Assembly: GCA_000934665.2 (NCBI GenBank)
Contig: KZ538603.1
Location: 62,001 to 126,000 of the forward strand
Direction of reading: 5' to 3'
Origin: Catajapyx aquilonaris
Taxonomy: Eukaryota
DNA: 64,000 nucleotides
Part shown: positions 40,160-53,581 of the stretch, piece after piece
Position numbering within the stretch: the stretch's first letter is position 1
Layout of the letters: each line of letters starts with the position of its first letter
Program-made: the position numbers and the translations under genes
Notes under the pieces: generated by a model
The model's input: only the letters and a program-made list of their open reading frames with translations
What the model was told of the DNA's origin: nothing
Databases searched by the model: none

Positions 40160-40570
40160 TTAGCATTTCTTATTCAGTTGGAGCGTTATTCTCAGCCAGG
40201 TGCCACAGCTCTGTAGCAGAACAATTTAATCACCTAGCTGGGCGGTTGGCACTGTGATGGCCAACATCTAGATGAAATGGTTAGAGCCCATGGTAATATG
40301 ATATTACTGCATTTTCTTGAAGACTCTGCATTGGTTTTATAGGTGTGATTCATAATATTATGTGGCAGACTGACAACTACGTACAAGTATATCTGGTGCA
40401 CGGTGATCTGGTGAAATAAAATGGAAGCGACCTGATTTTATAACTTCCTGAGACTGTCTACGTTAAGCCTAGAGCACGGTCTTAGTTAGAATGGCCTAGA
40501 GCTACGTTCTAACGAATCATGTGATCTACGGGAAAGGGGAGAAATATCGAATGTGCTTCTAGTTTCCTTA

Positions 40571-40695
40571 GGGCCGGTTTCACCGAGCTTGGTATATGAT
40601 AAAACCAGGTTTCTTTAGGAAAATCCATACAAATAGATAGGGATTTTGAGAAATACCCTGGTTTTATCATATACTGAGCTCGGTGAAACCGGCCC
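40571..40695. mobile_element. PIF/Harbinger (Tourist-like) MITE
   Basis: GGGCCGGTTTCACC...GGTGAAACCGGCCC with TTA TSD. Confidence 0.85.
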
Positions 40696-40796
40696 TTAGG
40701 CGTGATAAGAATAGATTTATTTGAATCAAAGGGCATTTCATTTTACAAGAAAGATTCAACAACGAGCCCTTTCGTATTTCATCCGACTGTTCCTAT

Positions 40797-41230
40797 TTTT
40801 ATTTTATTTGTTTGTTTATTTTACCCCGTGATACAACTATAAGTCGTTTTAAGGGGTGGCACACCACCATCAGTTTTCAAACTTGTTTTTCTTCAATCAC
40901 CGTGCAAGGACTTCAGGATGTAGGGTAGGGATAGGGATTATTGGGGACACTTGTGCTGGTGCAATGTCTTACCAGCTACTCGGTCGCGCTGTCGAGCAAT
41001 TCCCTATAGCTACTTCGGGGCCAGAGAAGCCTATACCCTCGCACCTGCAGTCGCCACACGTGAACCGGGCCTTAAACGTTTGGGCCCAGGAGGTTAGGTT
41101 GCCAGACACCTCCAAGGTGCAGGTCAGAGACCCTCCTGACGCAGGTGAAAGGTAACTCCCAGGCGGGGATCGAACCTGGGACCTTTCACTCAGCAAGCCG
41201 AGACGTTACCATCTCGGCCACCACACCTCC
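40797..41230 (-). mobile_element. tRNA-derived SINE, family B, full length
   Basis: B box (GGGATCGAACC on +), T-rich tail on + and 14-bp TSD CCGACTGTTCCTAT. Confidence 0.85.
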
Positions 41231-41588
41231 CCGACTGTTCCTATACGGACTATCATAAAAGTTGGATGCAATTTCGTACTTAGAAACTGGAGATCGGGAG
41301 AACAACAGGTGTCTGCCAGTGGACAAAATAGTTGACATGAAAGTGACAGAAAAGTCGCCGGGAAATAATCCGAAAGTGAACCCTATATCCATACCTCCTG
41401 GGATCTCACCGCCATAAGGGGAAGAGGGAGGTGGAAAGGGAAGAAAAGTGACTTAATTGATATTTGGAGTGCATAGTTTACTTGAGTGTATTCCCCAAGA
41501 ACACTTGATATACAGTCTGTCCCACTGCTTGGTGAAACCGTCCATAAACGTCTTGTCCAGATTTTAGCATAGGCTACTTACTGACTTA

Positions 41589-41707
41589 GGGCCAGTTGCA
41601 CCGGCCTCAGTATAACTTAGAACCTCGGGTATAACAAGAATTGCCATAGCAATAATTCTTGTTATACCCGAGGTTCTAAGTTATACTGAGGCCGGTGCAA
41701 CTGGCCC
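41589..41707. mobile_element. PIF/Harbinger MITE, near-perfect hairpin
   Basis: GGGCCAGTTGCACC...GGTGCAACTGGCCC with TTA TSD and about 54-bp perfect arms. Confidence 0.85.
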
Positions 41708-42753
41708 TTATTCATAATAATAATCAATGTACTATGGGGTTCGTTGGCTCGATTTCATCCGAATGAACCTTGTTCCTTTGGTTTATATTCAGAAAAACAT
41801 ACTACAGTATAATGGACGAGAGGCTAGTCCGGCCTGAAAGTTAGACAAGGATAGGGTACTGTATAGTGTTTGCACTGGACTAACGCTAGCCCCAACCAGT
41901 ATGGTGACCTGTCCATAAGTTGCTTGCACGTTATGATTATACAGTATTTCGAATGAAACGATAAAAATGGCCTACAGTTGGTTTTAATGGCCCATCTCTC
42001 CCTCTCTCATACACACTTCAATTTTGGTCACATTATGACTGCCACACTTGAATTCATTTTGTAACACAATTCTGGTTCGGGTTTTAGTTTGCTATTGACT
42101 TATACTTCGTATTAATAAATTACAAGCGTAATATTTAGCCTTTCCAAATAAAATTAGGTTCGATTTTTTGGAAGCTTGTCTGCACAGAAACTTGTTTGTA
42201 GGCCAGTTTGTGGGTTATATTAAGTGTCAAATGGAAACCTTCGTCTTAAGAGATTTCTTGTATTCAGGTTTAATAAGGGTAATTGTAAAGGGTCAGAAGC
42301 CAGGTTATTTGGAGTACAAAATGAACCATCCTACAGGTGTGAGGCGAGGCTGAGGTTGAAACTAGCATTCCAAACCGCATGAGCTCGGCTCTCAACTAAT
42401 GAATAATGATCATACTAATCGGACATATTTACGCGTAGGCATGCAATTTTGTATGCTTTCATTGTAAGTGACCTTGAAATAGTTGCTGAGACGAAAGGGC
42501 CACCGTTGTGCGAGAGAGACTCCTTTTACAAGGCAATGAAAAGTACTCTCACACTAGACCGTATTAGTAAAATAAAGCAGTTGTCAAAACATTATTCAAT
42601 ACTGTTGTAAGGTCCTTATGAATGAAAGAGAATAAAGAGAGCAATGCATCAACACTTTTGTCTTTTTTGTGTTTGTTATACGCTACAGTATAGGTATGAA
42701 ATCAGATTAGACATTAGAGGATCACAATCCTATGCCGGCGTGGATATGAGATG

Positions 42754-43078
42754 AAAGGACATGGCACAAAATGTATGGGCCAGTGGCCTTCCGTTCGATT
42801 TGCCTGAAAATGGGATATGTTGTAGCCCAGATCGTCCTGATCAATGTTGGATAGGGACATTTCGAGGTAGGACATACAGGGAGCGTGCTAATATAATATG
42901 GGGAGTAGTTACTATACTCCCCATGTACCTTCGGAGGTCATTAGCATGCTCCATGTAGGTCCTACCTTGAAATGTACCTATCCAACATTGATCAGGACGG
43001 TCTGGGCTGCAACATATCCCATTTTTAGGCAAATCGAACGGAAGGCCACTGGCCCATACGTTTTGTGCCATGTCCTTT
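42754..43078. repeat. Long inverted repeat / MITE (~135-bp arms)
   Basis: AAAGGACATGGCACAAAA...TTTTGTGCCATGTCCTTT. No clear TSD. Confidence 0.7.
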
Positions 43079-43149
43079 GGCACACAATATCATTTACATG
43101 TTAGTGACATGGTGCTTTGTCTAATTATTTGGCACCTCCAACATTAGTG

Positions 43150-43313
43150 CAGGGTATTACATGATGGATGGCTATGGAAGTCTCTCTCCCGTCGCGCATG
43201 CTCATTCCAAGTGGTATACCATGTAGACCCCGATGTGTACAGTACGTGGGAATGGAATGGGCATGTGGCACTGGAGATAGTCTTCCATAGTCATCCATCA
43301 TGTTTTATCCCGC
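43150..43313. repeat. Degenerate hairpin / MITE
   Basis: ACATGATGGATGGCTATGGAAG pairs with CTTCCATAGTCATCCATCATGT. Confidence 0.55.
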
Positions 43314-43755
43314 CGTATTGTTGTAGATGTACTACCATTCTGTATAACCTGGTGAAACCGGACAAGTAGATTCACCGAGAGCCGGTGTTATGAACGCAGA
43401 TTATGGAAAATGTCAGATTATGCATATTTTTGAGTAGGAAATTATCAAAACAAGGCTGTCTCATGGTGTCAAAAGTGTGTTAATTCCTGGTTACAGGCAT
43501 CAACCCAGCGCTAAATTCCTATTTCCGATATATGGAACATTTTCGCAATAATTAGTACACCTCCCATTGGGAAAAGTCGCCTCCTCCGCGAAAAGACCAC
43601 TAAATCTGAAATTCCTGTTTCCTGAAGGATTCATACTGAAGCAGATCTAGCCTAGTTTTGATAATGACCTACTCTTTATTCACAATACATACCGTAACTG
43701 ACGTAATCGGAGATTTCTTATTATGCGTTGCTTCAACTGGCCCTAAATGCATATA

Positions 43756-44650
43756 GGGGAGAGCGAGGCGCAGTGGTCCTTTCTATTTTAAAAATATCAG
43801 AAACCGGAATAACGTCTTCATATGGTACCTCGTGAAACAAGTCACTATTGTGTATCCTGCCAACATGACAGCCACCTCTGAGATGCCTGCGATCCTGCTG
43901 TATCAGGGAAATCTATTTGAAGGGTAGATAAGTAACTTCTAACCCACAGTTTAAATGCCATGTCAGGCGTAAATGCTGGGCATGACCCTGATGTAAAAAT
44001 GTTGTTGGATAGTGCCATCCTTTGTGCATAAATGCTGGAAATTTGGAAAGCGTCATTTGCAATGGAAGCTACGATTCATAACATCATGTCAGGGTTTAAT
44101 TTATTTTCGTTACCCCTTGCCACCCCTTACGGGGTATTCGGGGTAGACAGCATGTCAGTTGCTTCCCTCGGGGGCACAACGCACCTGTTTGTGGACTCTT
44201 TTGCCTACAGAAATTAATTGATTTGACAGACACTAGTATGAAATAAAGTTCATGCGCTAAAGGATGTAGCAGGACAAGGTCTACTTTCCGGAGAGAGACG
44301 ATGTATCACTTGTGTCCGCAGGTTGCAGTAACAAGTCCTGTTTTATTATTTCCTATTTATTTAGAGGGGTTAGATGTACCATAAAAAATAAAAATACTAC
44401 TTGTATGAATTAGGGTCCCCAATCATTTCCGGACCACTGCACTGTGCCCCAGGCATCGGGGTACAGTGGTCAATTTGCATAGATCAGCTTCTAAATTTTT
44501 TAAGCCAAAAGGGATGGCACTGCCTGTGAATATATTGGTCACATATTACCAGTGAGTATCTCCACCATGCCGGAAGATATTGGGTGAGTAGGTATAACAG
44601 CTCTTTTAAAAATTAAAATGTTCGAAAGTGGACCATGCCCCGGTCTTCCC
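43756..44650. mobile_element. Old pogo/Fot1-like non-autonomous element containing a retroposon 3' tail at about 44100-44190
   Basis: TA-GGGGAGAGCGAGGCGCAGTGGTCC...GGACCATGCCCCGGTCTTCCC-TA. Confidence 0.45.
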
Positions 44651-45385
44651 TACATTAAATTGGCATTTATCAGGTGTCCACATCAAAAAATGACATGTTT
44701 CTTCCAACATTATGCCCACGGTTCGTGATCCACTGCCGCTTTCGAGACCGCTCTGACCGCCTTGGCCGAAGTTTATACTCGTCGGGAACGTGATTCAAAT
44801 CCAGGCAATAATATTCTGCTGCCCCGTCCTGTTTTGAGGTGTTCCAAGACATAACTTATGACTGGAAGCGCTAAGTCTTTAATAATCCTTGAGGGCGTTA
44901 CCTTTCCATATATGGAAATAAATATTTTCTCACGAGGGGGTAATTGAATCGGTGATTTTGAAAAGGGCAATATTCAATTTTTTGTGTCAAAAGGAACTGC
45001 TGATGCAGAAGTATCATATGCTTGGGAATGCATCGAATGAGATTGTAAACGGGATCATCCATACACCGGTCATGGTGAACTGATCCCACTGAGTTTGAAA
45101 AGGGCAATATTCCGTGACTACTCTCATCCTCCTATAATCTTCGTAAGGTACAGTACAACTGCCACCTCAAATGCCAAGTTCCACAGCCTATGAAGGGGGG
45201 GGGGGGTGCCAATCAAGTCTCAAAAGTCTCAAATCAAAGTCTCAAAAGCTAGAAGACATATCCAAGGTGATTCAAACTACATCACCTTTTATGATGATAT
45301 CATGACTTGGCAGACTGAGGAGAAAGAGGGCTGATAACACTGTGATCATCTCAGGTTTGTACGAGTACGTTTCAAATCAAATAAT

Positions 45386-45662
45386 TTTTTATTTTACCCC
45401 GTGATGACCCTTACGGGTTCTATAGGGAGATGGTACACCACCATTTTTCCTCAATTTTCTAAGTTAACTTCACTCCGGTGCGGTGCAGGGAAACAAGGAC
45501 ATTAGGTAAGGATTTGGATATTTTGGGGAGGGAACATGGGTGCAAGGTGCAATGTCGTAGCCATGGGTCATGTGCTGTTCCCCAGGAGGTTAGGTTGCCA
45601 GACACCTCCTTGGTGCAGGTCAGGGACCCTCCTGACGCAGGCGAAAGGTAACTCCCAGGCGG
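45386..45662 (-). mobile_element. 5'-truncated SINE, family B
   Basis: Shares CCCAGGAGGTTAGGTTGCCAGACACCTCC...GGTAACTCCCAGGCGG with 41085-41166. TSD AAATCAAATAAT. Confidence 0.8.
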
Positions 45663-47052
45663 AAATCAAATAATGTGTACACAATACAACTCCTTTACAT
45701 ATGCATTGTACATTGATGTTGAAAAGATCTTCAGTTTATAATCGTCACAAAATTAATCAGTTCCGGAAGTTATTAAATAGATGGATACATTATTATAGGG
45801 ATATAGGCTATCGATTTCTTCATCATATAGCCACCAAGGAACAAAAAAGGCTTCGCCCAAAGTTACCACAGGCCCTAAAGGGTATAATTATAAACGTACA
45901 TTTAACATGTTACAGAAATGCCCATATATTTGTGAAGCTTAGCACTGTATTTATCAGGCATAGCCTCGTCAATAGACGGTATAATGGGCAAATTTAAATT
46001 ACTAAACGAAAAGGGATTTTTTTTTGCGTAAACCTCTAAGATACTGTACGTATAGGCTGCTAGTTAAGTTCAACAACCCCCAATAACGCAAAGGGGTCGG
46101 CCAAGCTACTGGCATGGTTTATATAGACCTATGCCCCATAATTCTATCAAACTTTCACAAATGGTCATGCCATGCCGCGCGCGCCTGGCCACTGGACAAA
46201 TGACTGCATGATGGTCAGCGTTACTGTACACTGGACAGTGCAATCAACACGATTGTGGTAACCAAGATACAGTTGCGCTACATCATAATTATAAGACCTG
46301 CTTTTAGACCTTGATGGGAGACAGGCGAGTGAAAGCCAGCCATTGTAGCAACCCACTCTAGTCATCCCCATCAAGTGAACTTGGGTCAAGCAATATTCAT
46401 AGGCTACTAACGCATTTATTACCTTGGCAGACTTATTAACGAGAATGATTATACCGAAAGAAGTTCTTCGAAGAGAATGTTAGGCTTGACTTTATTCAAT
46501 ATATTAATTTCGGATGTCAAAAATTTATTTCTTGAGGCTCAGGTTTCGAGAGTAACTTTTTATTCTAACTGTGAAGACACTCATTTTTAGCACATGGGGA
46601 TGACTTGGTCTTACTACTCGTAGCAGACAGCCCAGCCTATTCGCAGAAACAAATACTCGTACATTTGTTAGAGGATTATTTTTATAAAAATAAATTGCGA
46701 GTTTGTTTGGGCAACACAAAAGTTGTAATGTTTCGGAATGCAGTTCATCGCTCTACAAATTAGTTCTTTTGTGTGGAGAGATGATAACACAGGCCAACAA
46801 GTTTTTTGTTGCGTTGATGCCAGCACTTGGCTTGCCTAATTCGTGTGTGCTGAATCCAAATCTGATGTTAGTTTTTCGCTGTAAGCTATAGATTTTCTAC
46901 AATTCAAAAGTTTAGTTTTCGCGACATTTTGGCGCCTGTCGCATGATGACATGATCTCTCTGAGGAATTTATGGTCATATAGTCTTAAAATTAGGCTTAA
47001 ACAACCATCTTGGTAAAGATATATTCATTTTTTATTCACAAAAAGTCGTAGG

Positions 47053-47862
47053 TGCATAACAATATGCATTAAAGTTTGAAAAAAAATCACAAAATACCGA
47101 AAAATAATGGCCCAATTTTAAAATCCTATAACTCGAAAACTTGTAGACATAATTATCTTAATGATTGAAATTTTGAAATGCTACGAAATGTCCAATGTGT
47201 TGGTTTCACTAGCATAGTTTAGTTCGATATGAGGTCCATTTGTCGCTCGGCAAATGTAAATATGGTAATCGGTGTCATGCCTAACCAGCTCCGACATATC
47301 ATGTCTGGCGCTGCCGTTGCAATCTTTTCCCATAGGTGATGGAGATACCTGATCTTTTCACCATACATGGGTCTCCACAAAAATGTCCATCGGGGTAAGA
47401 CCTGGGCTTCTGGGGGGGGGGGNGGGGGGGGTGTAGGCACTGGGAAATTCTAATTCACGACTTCGCACACTGGGAGGCTGAACAAGTGAAACTTTCCTGC
47501 GGCACAGGTTTGTTTGTATGAGGCTACTTTTCATGTGCATCATCAAGAACAATGTTTGTGGTGTACAGACCAGTCCTCTTGCAACACCTACGGATTAGGA
47601 TCACAGCAGTATCTCCAGATATGATTGAGCGGGTTTGGCTCGAGACCGAATACAATATTTTTTATTAAAAAAATCTCGAGGGACAAATGAAGCTCATATC
47701 GAAACAAACTAATGTGAGACCAAAACTTTAAACATTTCAAAACATTTCAAAACTTATCATTAGATATGTCTACAAGATTTCGACGTTTAGGGGTTTAAAA
47801 TTGGGACATTATTTTTAGTTTCCCCCCCCCCCCTTTTTAAAACTGTAATTCATATTGTGACG
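47053..47862 (-). mobile_element. Tc1/mariner element with transposase relic
   Basis: The minus strand PPRSPGLTPMDIF..YGEKIRYLHHLWEKIATAAPDMICRSW resembles the WPPRSPDLTPLDF motif. Degenerate TIRs. Confidence 0.7.
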
Positions 47863-48647
47863 CTTGAAAACATTCACTATCAGTATACTAATACCTTCAC
47901 GAACTGTTTCATCATGCTGAGCTTAATATGGTAGCTCTAAGCCTAATTCTAAAGCTATCCCCAGTGTAAATAGAAATGGGTGACCTTTCCCCCCCGAAAA
48001 TCACAAGTTTCAAATTGCATGAAAACTAGAGCATGTAGAGGAAAAACAATTTCAGATTTGAAATCAGCATTGAAAAATACTTACTTGAAAACTCTCATGC
48101 AGCAAAATTTATTTATTTATTTGTTGACCTGTGTAATTTACAAATTGAAAATCTAATTATCTAGGAGTTCCATTTTCAGCTTTGACCGGATATAATTATG
48201 CTCGAAACTGTTTTCGAGTAAAGGTCCAGATCAGCTCCCCGCAACTCCCACGATACGGTAGTTTAATTAGAGATTCTCCGTCTTGGCACTGGGGCATCCC
48301 CACAGGGATCTTACGATTCGGGCGAACGGCTGGACCAACCCGAACCATCCTTTCCATTGCAGCTGGGACCGGGGAGGGAATTCGCAGATCGCAAGTCAGC
48401 CACCCGAATCGTAAGATCCCTGTGGGGCCTCATCAGCGCCAAATTTCAGGCTGGGAGAGACTTTTATATTAACCCATTTGAAGACTTCGGGGGAAGAAAG
48501 ATCAAGGTCCACCTCAGGTGAAACTGAGATATTACTATTTTAAATTTCGAAGACCCATACGGTTCCATTGTATAGGGTCGTTCAAAAATGATTCGGACTC
48601 CATTTTTTCTGCACATTAACCATTTCCTGGGACAAAATAAATTCATG

Positions 48648-48945
48648 GTTCTTTAGGGTATTCCCTGCCAATGTCTATGCACTGTTGCCACCATTCCGGC
48701 AGTTTCTGTATTGCTGCAGAACACTATTCTTTGGGGGTACCCCGGCGCGGCGCCACTCGTGGACAACCGACTGAGCTCGTCGTTGGAGGTGAACTTGTGA
48801 CAGCGTACTCTTTCATTGCATCAAACAGAGCATAGTCACTAGTTGCAAGATCCGGTGAATATGGAAGACGAGGCAGCACGGTGTACCCTAGAGCCTTCAG
48901 TATATCAGTGGTGGAGCGACTGACATGTGGCTCCGCATTGTCGTG
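48648..48945 (-). pseudogene. mariner (DD34D) transposase C-terminal relic
   Basis: HDNAEPHVSRSTTDILKALGYTVLPRLPYSPDLATSDYALF...IQKLPEWWQQCIDIGREY contains the canonical HDNA and YSPDLAP-D motifs. Confidence 0.85.
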
Positions 48946-49068
48946 TCATGACCTCTAGGATACACCGTGCTGCCTCATTCTCCATATTTGCCGGATCTTG
49001 AGACTAGAGGCTATAATATATCAATCCCACTTTCGTGGCCTTCCATAGTGACCTGAGCGTCCTATATA

Positions 49069-49160
49069 CAGGGTGTTCCAAGTTCGTGGGTCACTTCTTG
49101 ATAACTGATATCGACCGATAGCAGTTATCAAGAAGTGACCCACGAACTTGGAACACCCTA
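49069..49160. mobile_element. Palindromic Tc1/mariner MITE nested in piggyBac copy 2
   Basis: TA-CAGGGTGTTCCAAG...CTTGGAACACCCT forms a near-perfect hairpin. It is absent from the homologous position of copy 1. Confidence 0.8.
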
Positions 49161-50444
49161 CATATGACGGACACGAAAAATTATTTCTCGCAGTTATGAT
49201 TATAAATCACAGACTAAGGGAAATGAACGTCTTCATGAAAGTCTACTCTAGTGGGAAAATGGAGATACATCACATTTTCGTGATTGTATCAGCCACAAAT
49301 ACAAGTTGAATGTTGTGAAATTTGTCAATTTCAGAACTGGCGCGATTGAGTAACTGTTTCCTTGAATGATAAATACTTATATAGCTTTGGAAAATAAATA
49401 CAGTATATGACTGTTGCAAGAAAGGTTGTGAAAAGCCACCATACAATATCTGCATTTTTGGCCCTTATGAGTGGCGAATAGCAGCAAGGGAAACAATGGT
49501 GTCCTACAATTCACTAATACTTTAGCCATTAAAGTAACTGCTTAAATTATGTATATTAGTGCCAACAACAGTCACAGCAATCGGAAAAGTATTTTAGATC
49601 ACCCTGTATAGGCAGGTGTTACATAGTGCAACTTGGGACCCATACTTTCCAAGATGAAAAAATGAGAAAGACCGTCGGAAAATTTATGAAACTCGTTTAA
49701 TGGGCTGAAATATCTGAATTATTGGGATATAATACACGATTCCATCATTGATACCAGCACTGCACCAGTCAATGTGAGAATTGCCACATTTCATTGCATG
49801 TAAAGTGAAGCAATGGAGAGAAAAGTATACGGATTGTCCTAGCGTCCTATATATAGGACACCCTGTAACTTCTGTTATAATTAAAATTTTACGCTGAACT
49901 ATTTTTTTCTATCTTAGTTTCTGCCTTCTAACGCATGACTTAAGATATCATCAGTCGATCAACCTCAGGAACCTCTCGAACAAATGGGTTAAACTACCGT
50001 CACCATAGGGATAGGTTGGTAGTTGCAGGGGGGCTGGCCCAGATTAAGAGTAAGGCTATTATGTAATGTTCTTAATAAGGATGAATAGTTGCAGTTTGTC
50101 AACTGCTTTGAAGATGCTTGATGCTTATATGGTACATGGTGCACTTTACAATGAAATATGTTGGGAACAGCTCCTGTAAATCAAATAGAACATTCAGAAT
50201 TCATTCTTAAGGAATTTTTACATTTTATAATGCACACCGGGATATTTTCTCAGTATTCAAAGTGACAGGCGCCGCACCTTTGCATCAAATTGCTAAAAAT
50301 AACTATTAGGTACTTTAATGCTATTGCAATGTTTTGAAAATGTTATGGCCCTACCCTGCCAAAATACATGAGGACACGTGGATGGTTGAATTGAATTTTC
50401 TATGCATAGGGCAGGCTCTTCACATATTCATCTAAATGAGAATA

Positions 50445-50810
50445 CACTGTACTCCCGATTATCCGGGTGCGGATTATCCCTGCATCGCAAAAAAAAAATA
50501 ATTAAAATTTGAGTCAGAAAAAAAATGTGTGGAATTTTTGTCCCATTGTTAAATACTGCTAAGTTAGCAGTGTCTAGCAGTGCTGGGACGAATATTCCAC
50601 CCACTGTCAATATGTCTCGCCAAAGAACAAATATAACACTTTTTCTAGAAGACAAAGTAAAAATCTATGGTAAGTTTTATTATTTTGATTCAACCAAGCA
50701 GCATACTCTCTGTACAGTACTGTAGTGCATTAAAAACCTGTGAATAGCCCCCTTTTTACGGTGTCTAGGCCCATTTTCCGATTGTCCGTGTTTTCCGATT
50801 ATACGTCAGC
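50445..50810. mobile_element. pogo/Tigger-like MITE, inverted partial copy of 37883-38301
   Basis: TA-CACTGTACTCCCGATTATCC start and reverse-complement homology (e.g. TTTTTCTAGAAGACAAAGTAAAAA). Confidence 0.7.
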
Positions 50811-51220
50811 AGCATGAAGTCGGACTTCTAGAGATTTTGAAGTCGGTAGCTGGCTCATCCGGCAGCAAAACATGGCTGTGTGCTGCTAGTTGTCTTTTAA
50901 TAAATTGGTCTGCCGCTCGCTTTGCTTGCGGTCCGGCGTTATGAAGTCACTTTACGACGTGCAGAGGGAATTCGTAAAACAGGCTTTACCCCTTCACTTG
51001 ATCCGGTTTGAACACCTCACCCATATTTTGGTTTGTTTCGTTTGTTCGTTTTGTCACCAGCGTTTCTGTCTGAACCACCCTTAATGGGGCAACTGGATAG
51101 GGGCGCAACAAGCTACACAAAAATAACTACTTCGGGAGATATTAATGAGAACTAAAAGTGTCCCACGAACGTGGAATAACCATGTATTTTTCATATATTT
51201 TACCTCTACCTATGATTTGT

Positions 51221-51557
51221 TTTTTTTTTTTTACTTACCCCGTGATGACCTTTGTAGGTCTATAGGGGGTGGTGGATTACCACCATTGGTATTTGTTTTT
51301 GGAGCTAGTTAAGAATAATCTTATTAGTATACTCCAAGGTAGTTAGGAGGGGATGTGCAAAGTGCATGTGCGCTGTCGTTAATTGGTTATTTTGTGAACT
51401 CCCCCGGGTGGCTTAGTCTATCGGAAATTGCCACCCGAAACGAAGCCAGAGATGGCCCAACTCGGCACGAAAGAAGGTGGGAACCCCGGGTGGGGATTGA
51501 ACCCGGGACCTTAACTTCCGTGCGCGTACGCGTTACCGCGGCGCCACTCCGTCTCCC
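51221..51557 (-). mobile_element. tRNA-derived SINE, family A (second copy)
   Basis: Reverse-complement homology to 24786-25010, poly-T on the + strand, flanked by TATGATTTG repeats. Confidence 0.85.
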
Positions 51558-51576
51558 TTATGATTTGGTTATTAAT

Positions 51577-51844
51577 AATTCATACCCCGTTATCAGCCAT
51601 CGGCTCTTTAGGGGGGAAGTTTGTTTTGTCTGGAACTCTTTGCTTTTCATTTTACTGCGCTCGTTGGGATAGGATAGGGACGGAAGGAAGCGGCTGTGGC
51701 CTATTAATTACAGAAACAACTCCGGAATTCTCCTGGAAGGACCGTGGGAAACCACAGAAAACCACGATCAGAGTTGCCGGCCCCGGGATTCGAACCCAGG
51801 ATTAGCAGTCGGACGCCTTTATCCACTATGCCAACCTGCTTCGG
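51577..51844 (-). mobile_element. tRNA-derived SINE, family C
   Basis: B box (GGATTCGAACCC on +) and a 19-bp TSD TTATGATTTGGTTATTAAT (51558-51576 / 51845-51863). Confidence 0.8.
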
Positions 51845-52100
51845 TTATGATTTGGTTATTAATTTGCGAAACCGCTATCTAAGAATGAGGATCTGTATAA
51901 ATACACTTTTGCCTTCGCACCGGAAGACCCATGTACTGTACATTATGTAAAACTCGAGAAATCTTTGATTTATATCGTGTTTGTCCAATACTATCACAGA
52001 TCAAATATTATCTGCAATTTTTCCAAGTGTTCCAGTTGATTTTGTGTGTTCATTATTTTTATGGACATGCCTAAAATTAGAATCCATCAGTTGCACTATA

Positions 52101-52489
52101 CAGGGTGTCCACGCTAACTTTGCTAACATCACGGTGGGTAGAGGTCCCATGTCCGGAAATGCCCCCATACGGGGGTACGGCCGTTTCCAACTTTAGTATG
52201 TTGCGCCTGGTGGGTAGGCAACCCATCGTACTCGAAGGTTGCGTTCGTCAGGTTTCGCACGTGACACCCGCAATTGTTTTCACCTTCGTCTCCTCCACAC
52301 GCGACACACCTGATGAACGCAAGTTTCGAGTACGGTGGGTTGCCTACCACCAGGCGCAACAGACCAAAGGTGGAAACGGCTGTACGGGTACGGGGGCATT
52401 TCCGGACATGGGTACCGAAGCTCAAAATACTTGCCTATAGGGCCTCTACCCACCCTGTGATGTTTGCCAAAGTTAACGGGGACACCCTG
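52101..52489. mobile_element. Palindromic Tc1/mariner MITE
   Basis: TA-CAGGGTGTCC...GGACACCCTG, with arms pairing along most of the length. Confidence 0.8.
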
Positions 52490-52721
52490 CATATTATTCC
52501 TGTCAGTACCATAATTAATTATATAATATTTGTCTGTCTGTGGCATTATTTTGGAGGATTGAGTAATATTTGTTTAAAGTAAATCGGAAGCTCAACCTGT
52601 ATGAACGATCTTCTCTCGGTGGGATTGATTGATACTTGATAGTATTCAGAGAAGAAACGCGTTGGAAGCAGAAAAAATGGGTCACGGTCACTTGGACATC
52701 ATGATTGTTGCTTCTCTTTAA

Positions 52722-53267
52722 CCTGTTGAGGGCCAGGTTTTTTTGTTGTTGTTGTTATTTAGTTGTTTATTTATTTTTTCGATGTAGAAGTGACATTAAT
52801 GAATAACAACTTCCCGCCAAAATTAATCATGTTAATTTCGTGGTGGTCCTTTTCAATGTAAAATGATGGGAAATCTTCATCTACAGGGTGTCCCAGAAAT
52901 AGTTTTTTAAGATCGTCGGGCTCTCAGAACGTCGATAGGCCTACCCAGTTTACATATTATTCACTATACACTGTTATTATGGTTGCATAATATTACCACA
53001 ACACTGTACTATGAGAAACTCCTAAGGGTCCAACTTTACACGGCACCCTGTACTCAGGGCGTTTGTTTACATGGCATGGCCTTGGCATGTTCGACTCAGC
53101 TTGGCTCCCGCCCAGTGCATTGTGGGAGGGTCATGGTAGTTTAGCCACCATCCAAGAGATTCCAGGAGTATATTGAACCGAATTTGGAACCGCAAAGTTC
53201 GAATTCTCTAGCGCGCCAAATTCAAACATCCGCAGACCATCATATGAGGGTCGTGGTCCTCAACAGA
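52722..53267. mobile_element. piggyBac-like MITE with nested CAGGGTG..CACCCTG MITE (52884-53050)
   Basis: TTAA-CCTGTTGAGGGCCA...TGGTCCTCAACAGA-TTAA. Confidence 0.6.
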
Positions 53268-53581
53268 TTAAAGGGGTTCATGGTGTAAACAACACCTAAC
53301 TTCTCCCCGGTCACCAATGTTGACTGTGGCCTTGGCCAGTGTTTTTCATTTTGCAGTATGTTGACTACTCTGTATGGAATTTTTAAACGTTTCGCCCTAA
53401 TGTAGCTACCCTGTTACTAAGTCATAGGCTACAGCCATCAGTACTCTGTCAAGGTTAACGGTATATGTATAGAACATTATAATCTTTCTCTAGTGCTAAT
53501 GGTTGTTTGGCGTCAGGATACGTTTGTCCAAAACTTTTGTTCACAAGTTTTCATAGTTGGCGCGACATTCCTGTATGTATA

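Larger units (their letters stand above)
48473..49988. mobile_element. piggyBac-type element, copy 2 (inverted), interrupted by nested insertions
   Basis: TTAA-CCCATTTG...CAAATGGG-TTAA. The stretch 49051-49988 aligns as the reverse complement of about 14975-16030. Confidence 0.8.
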
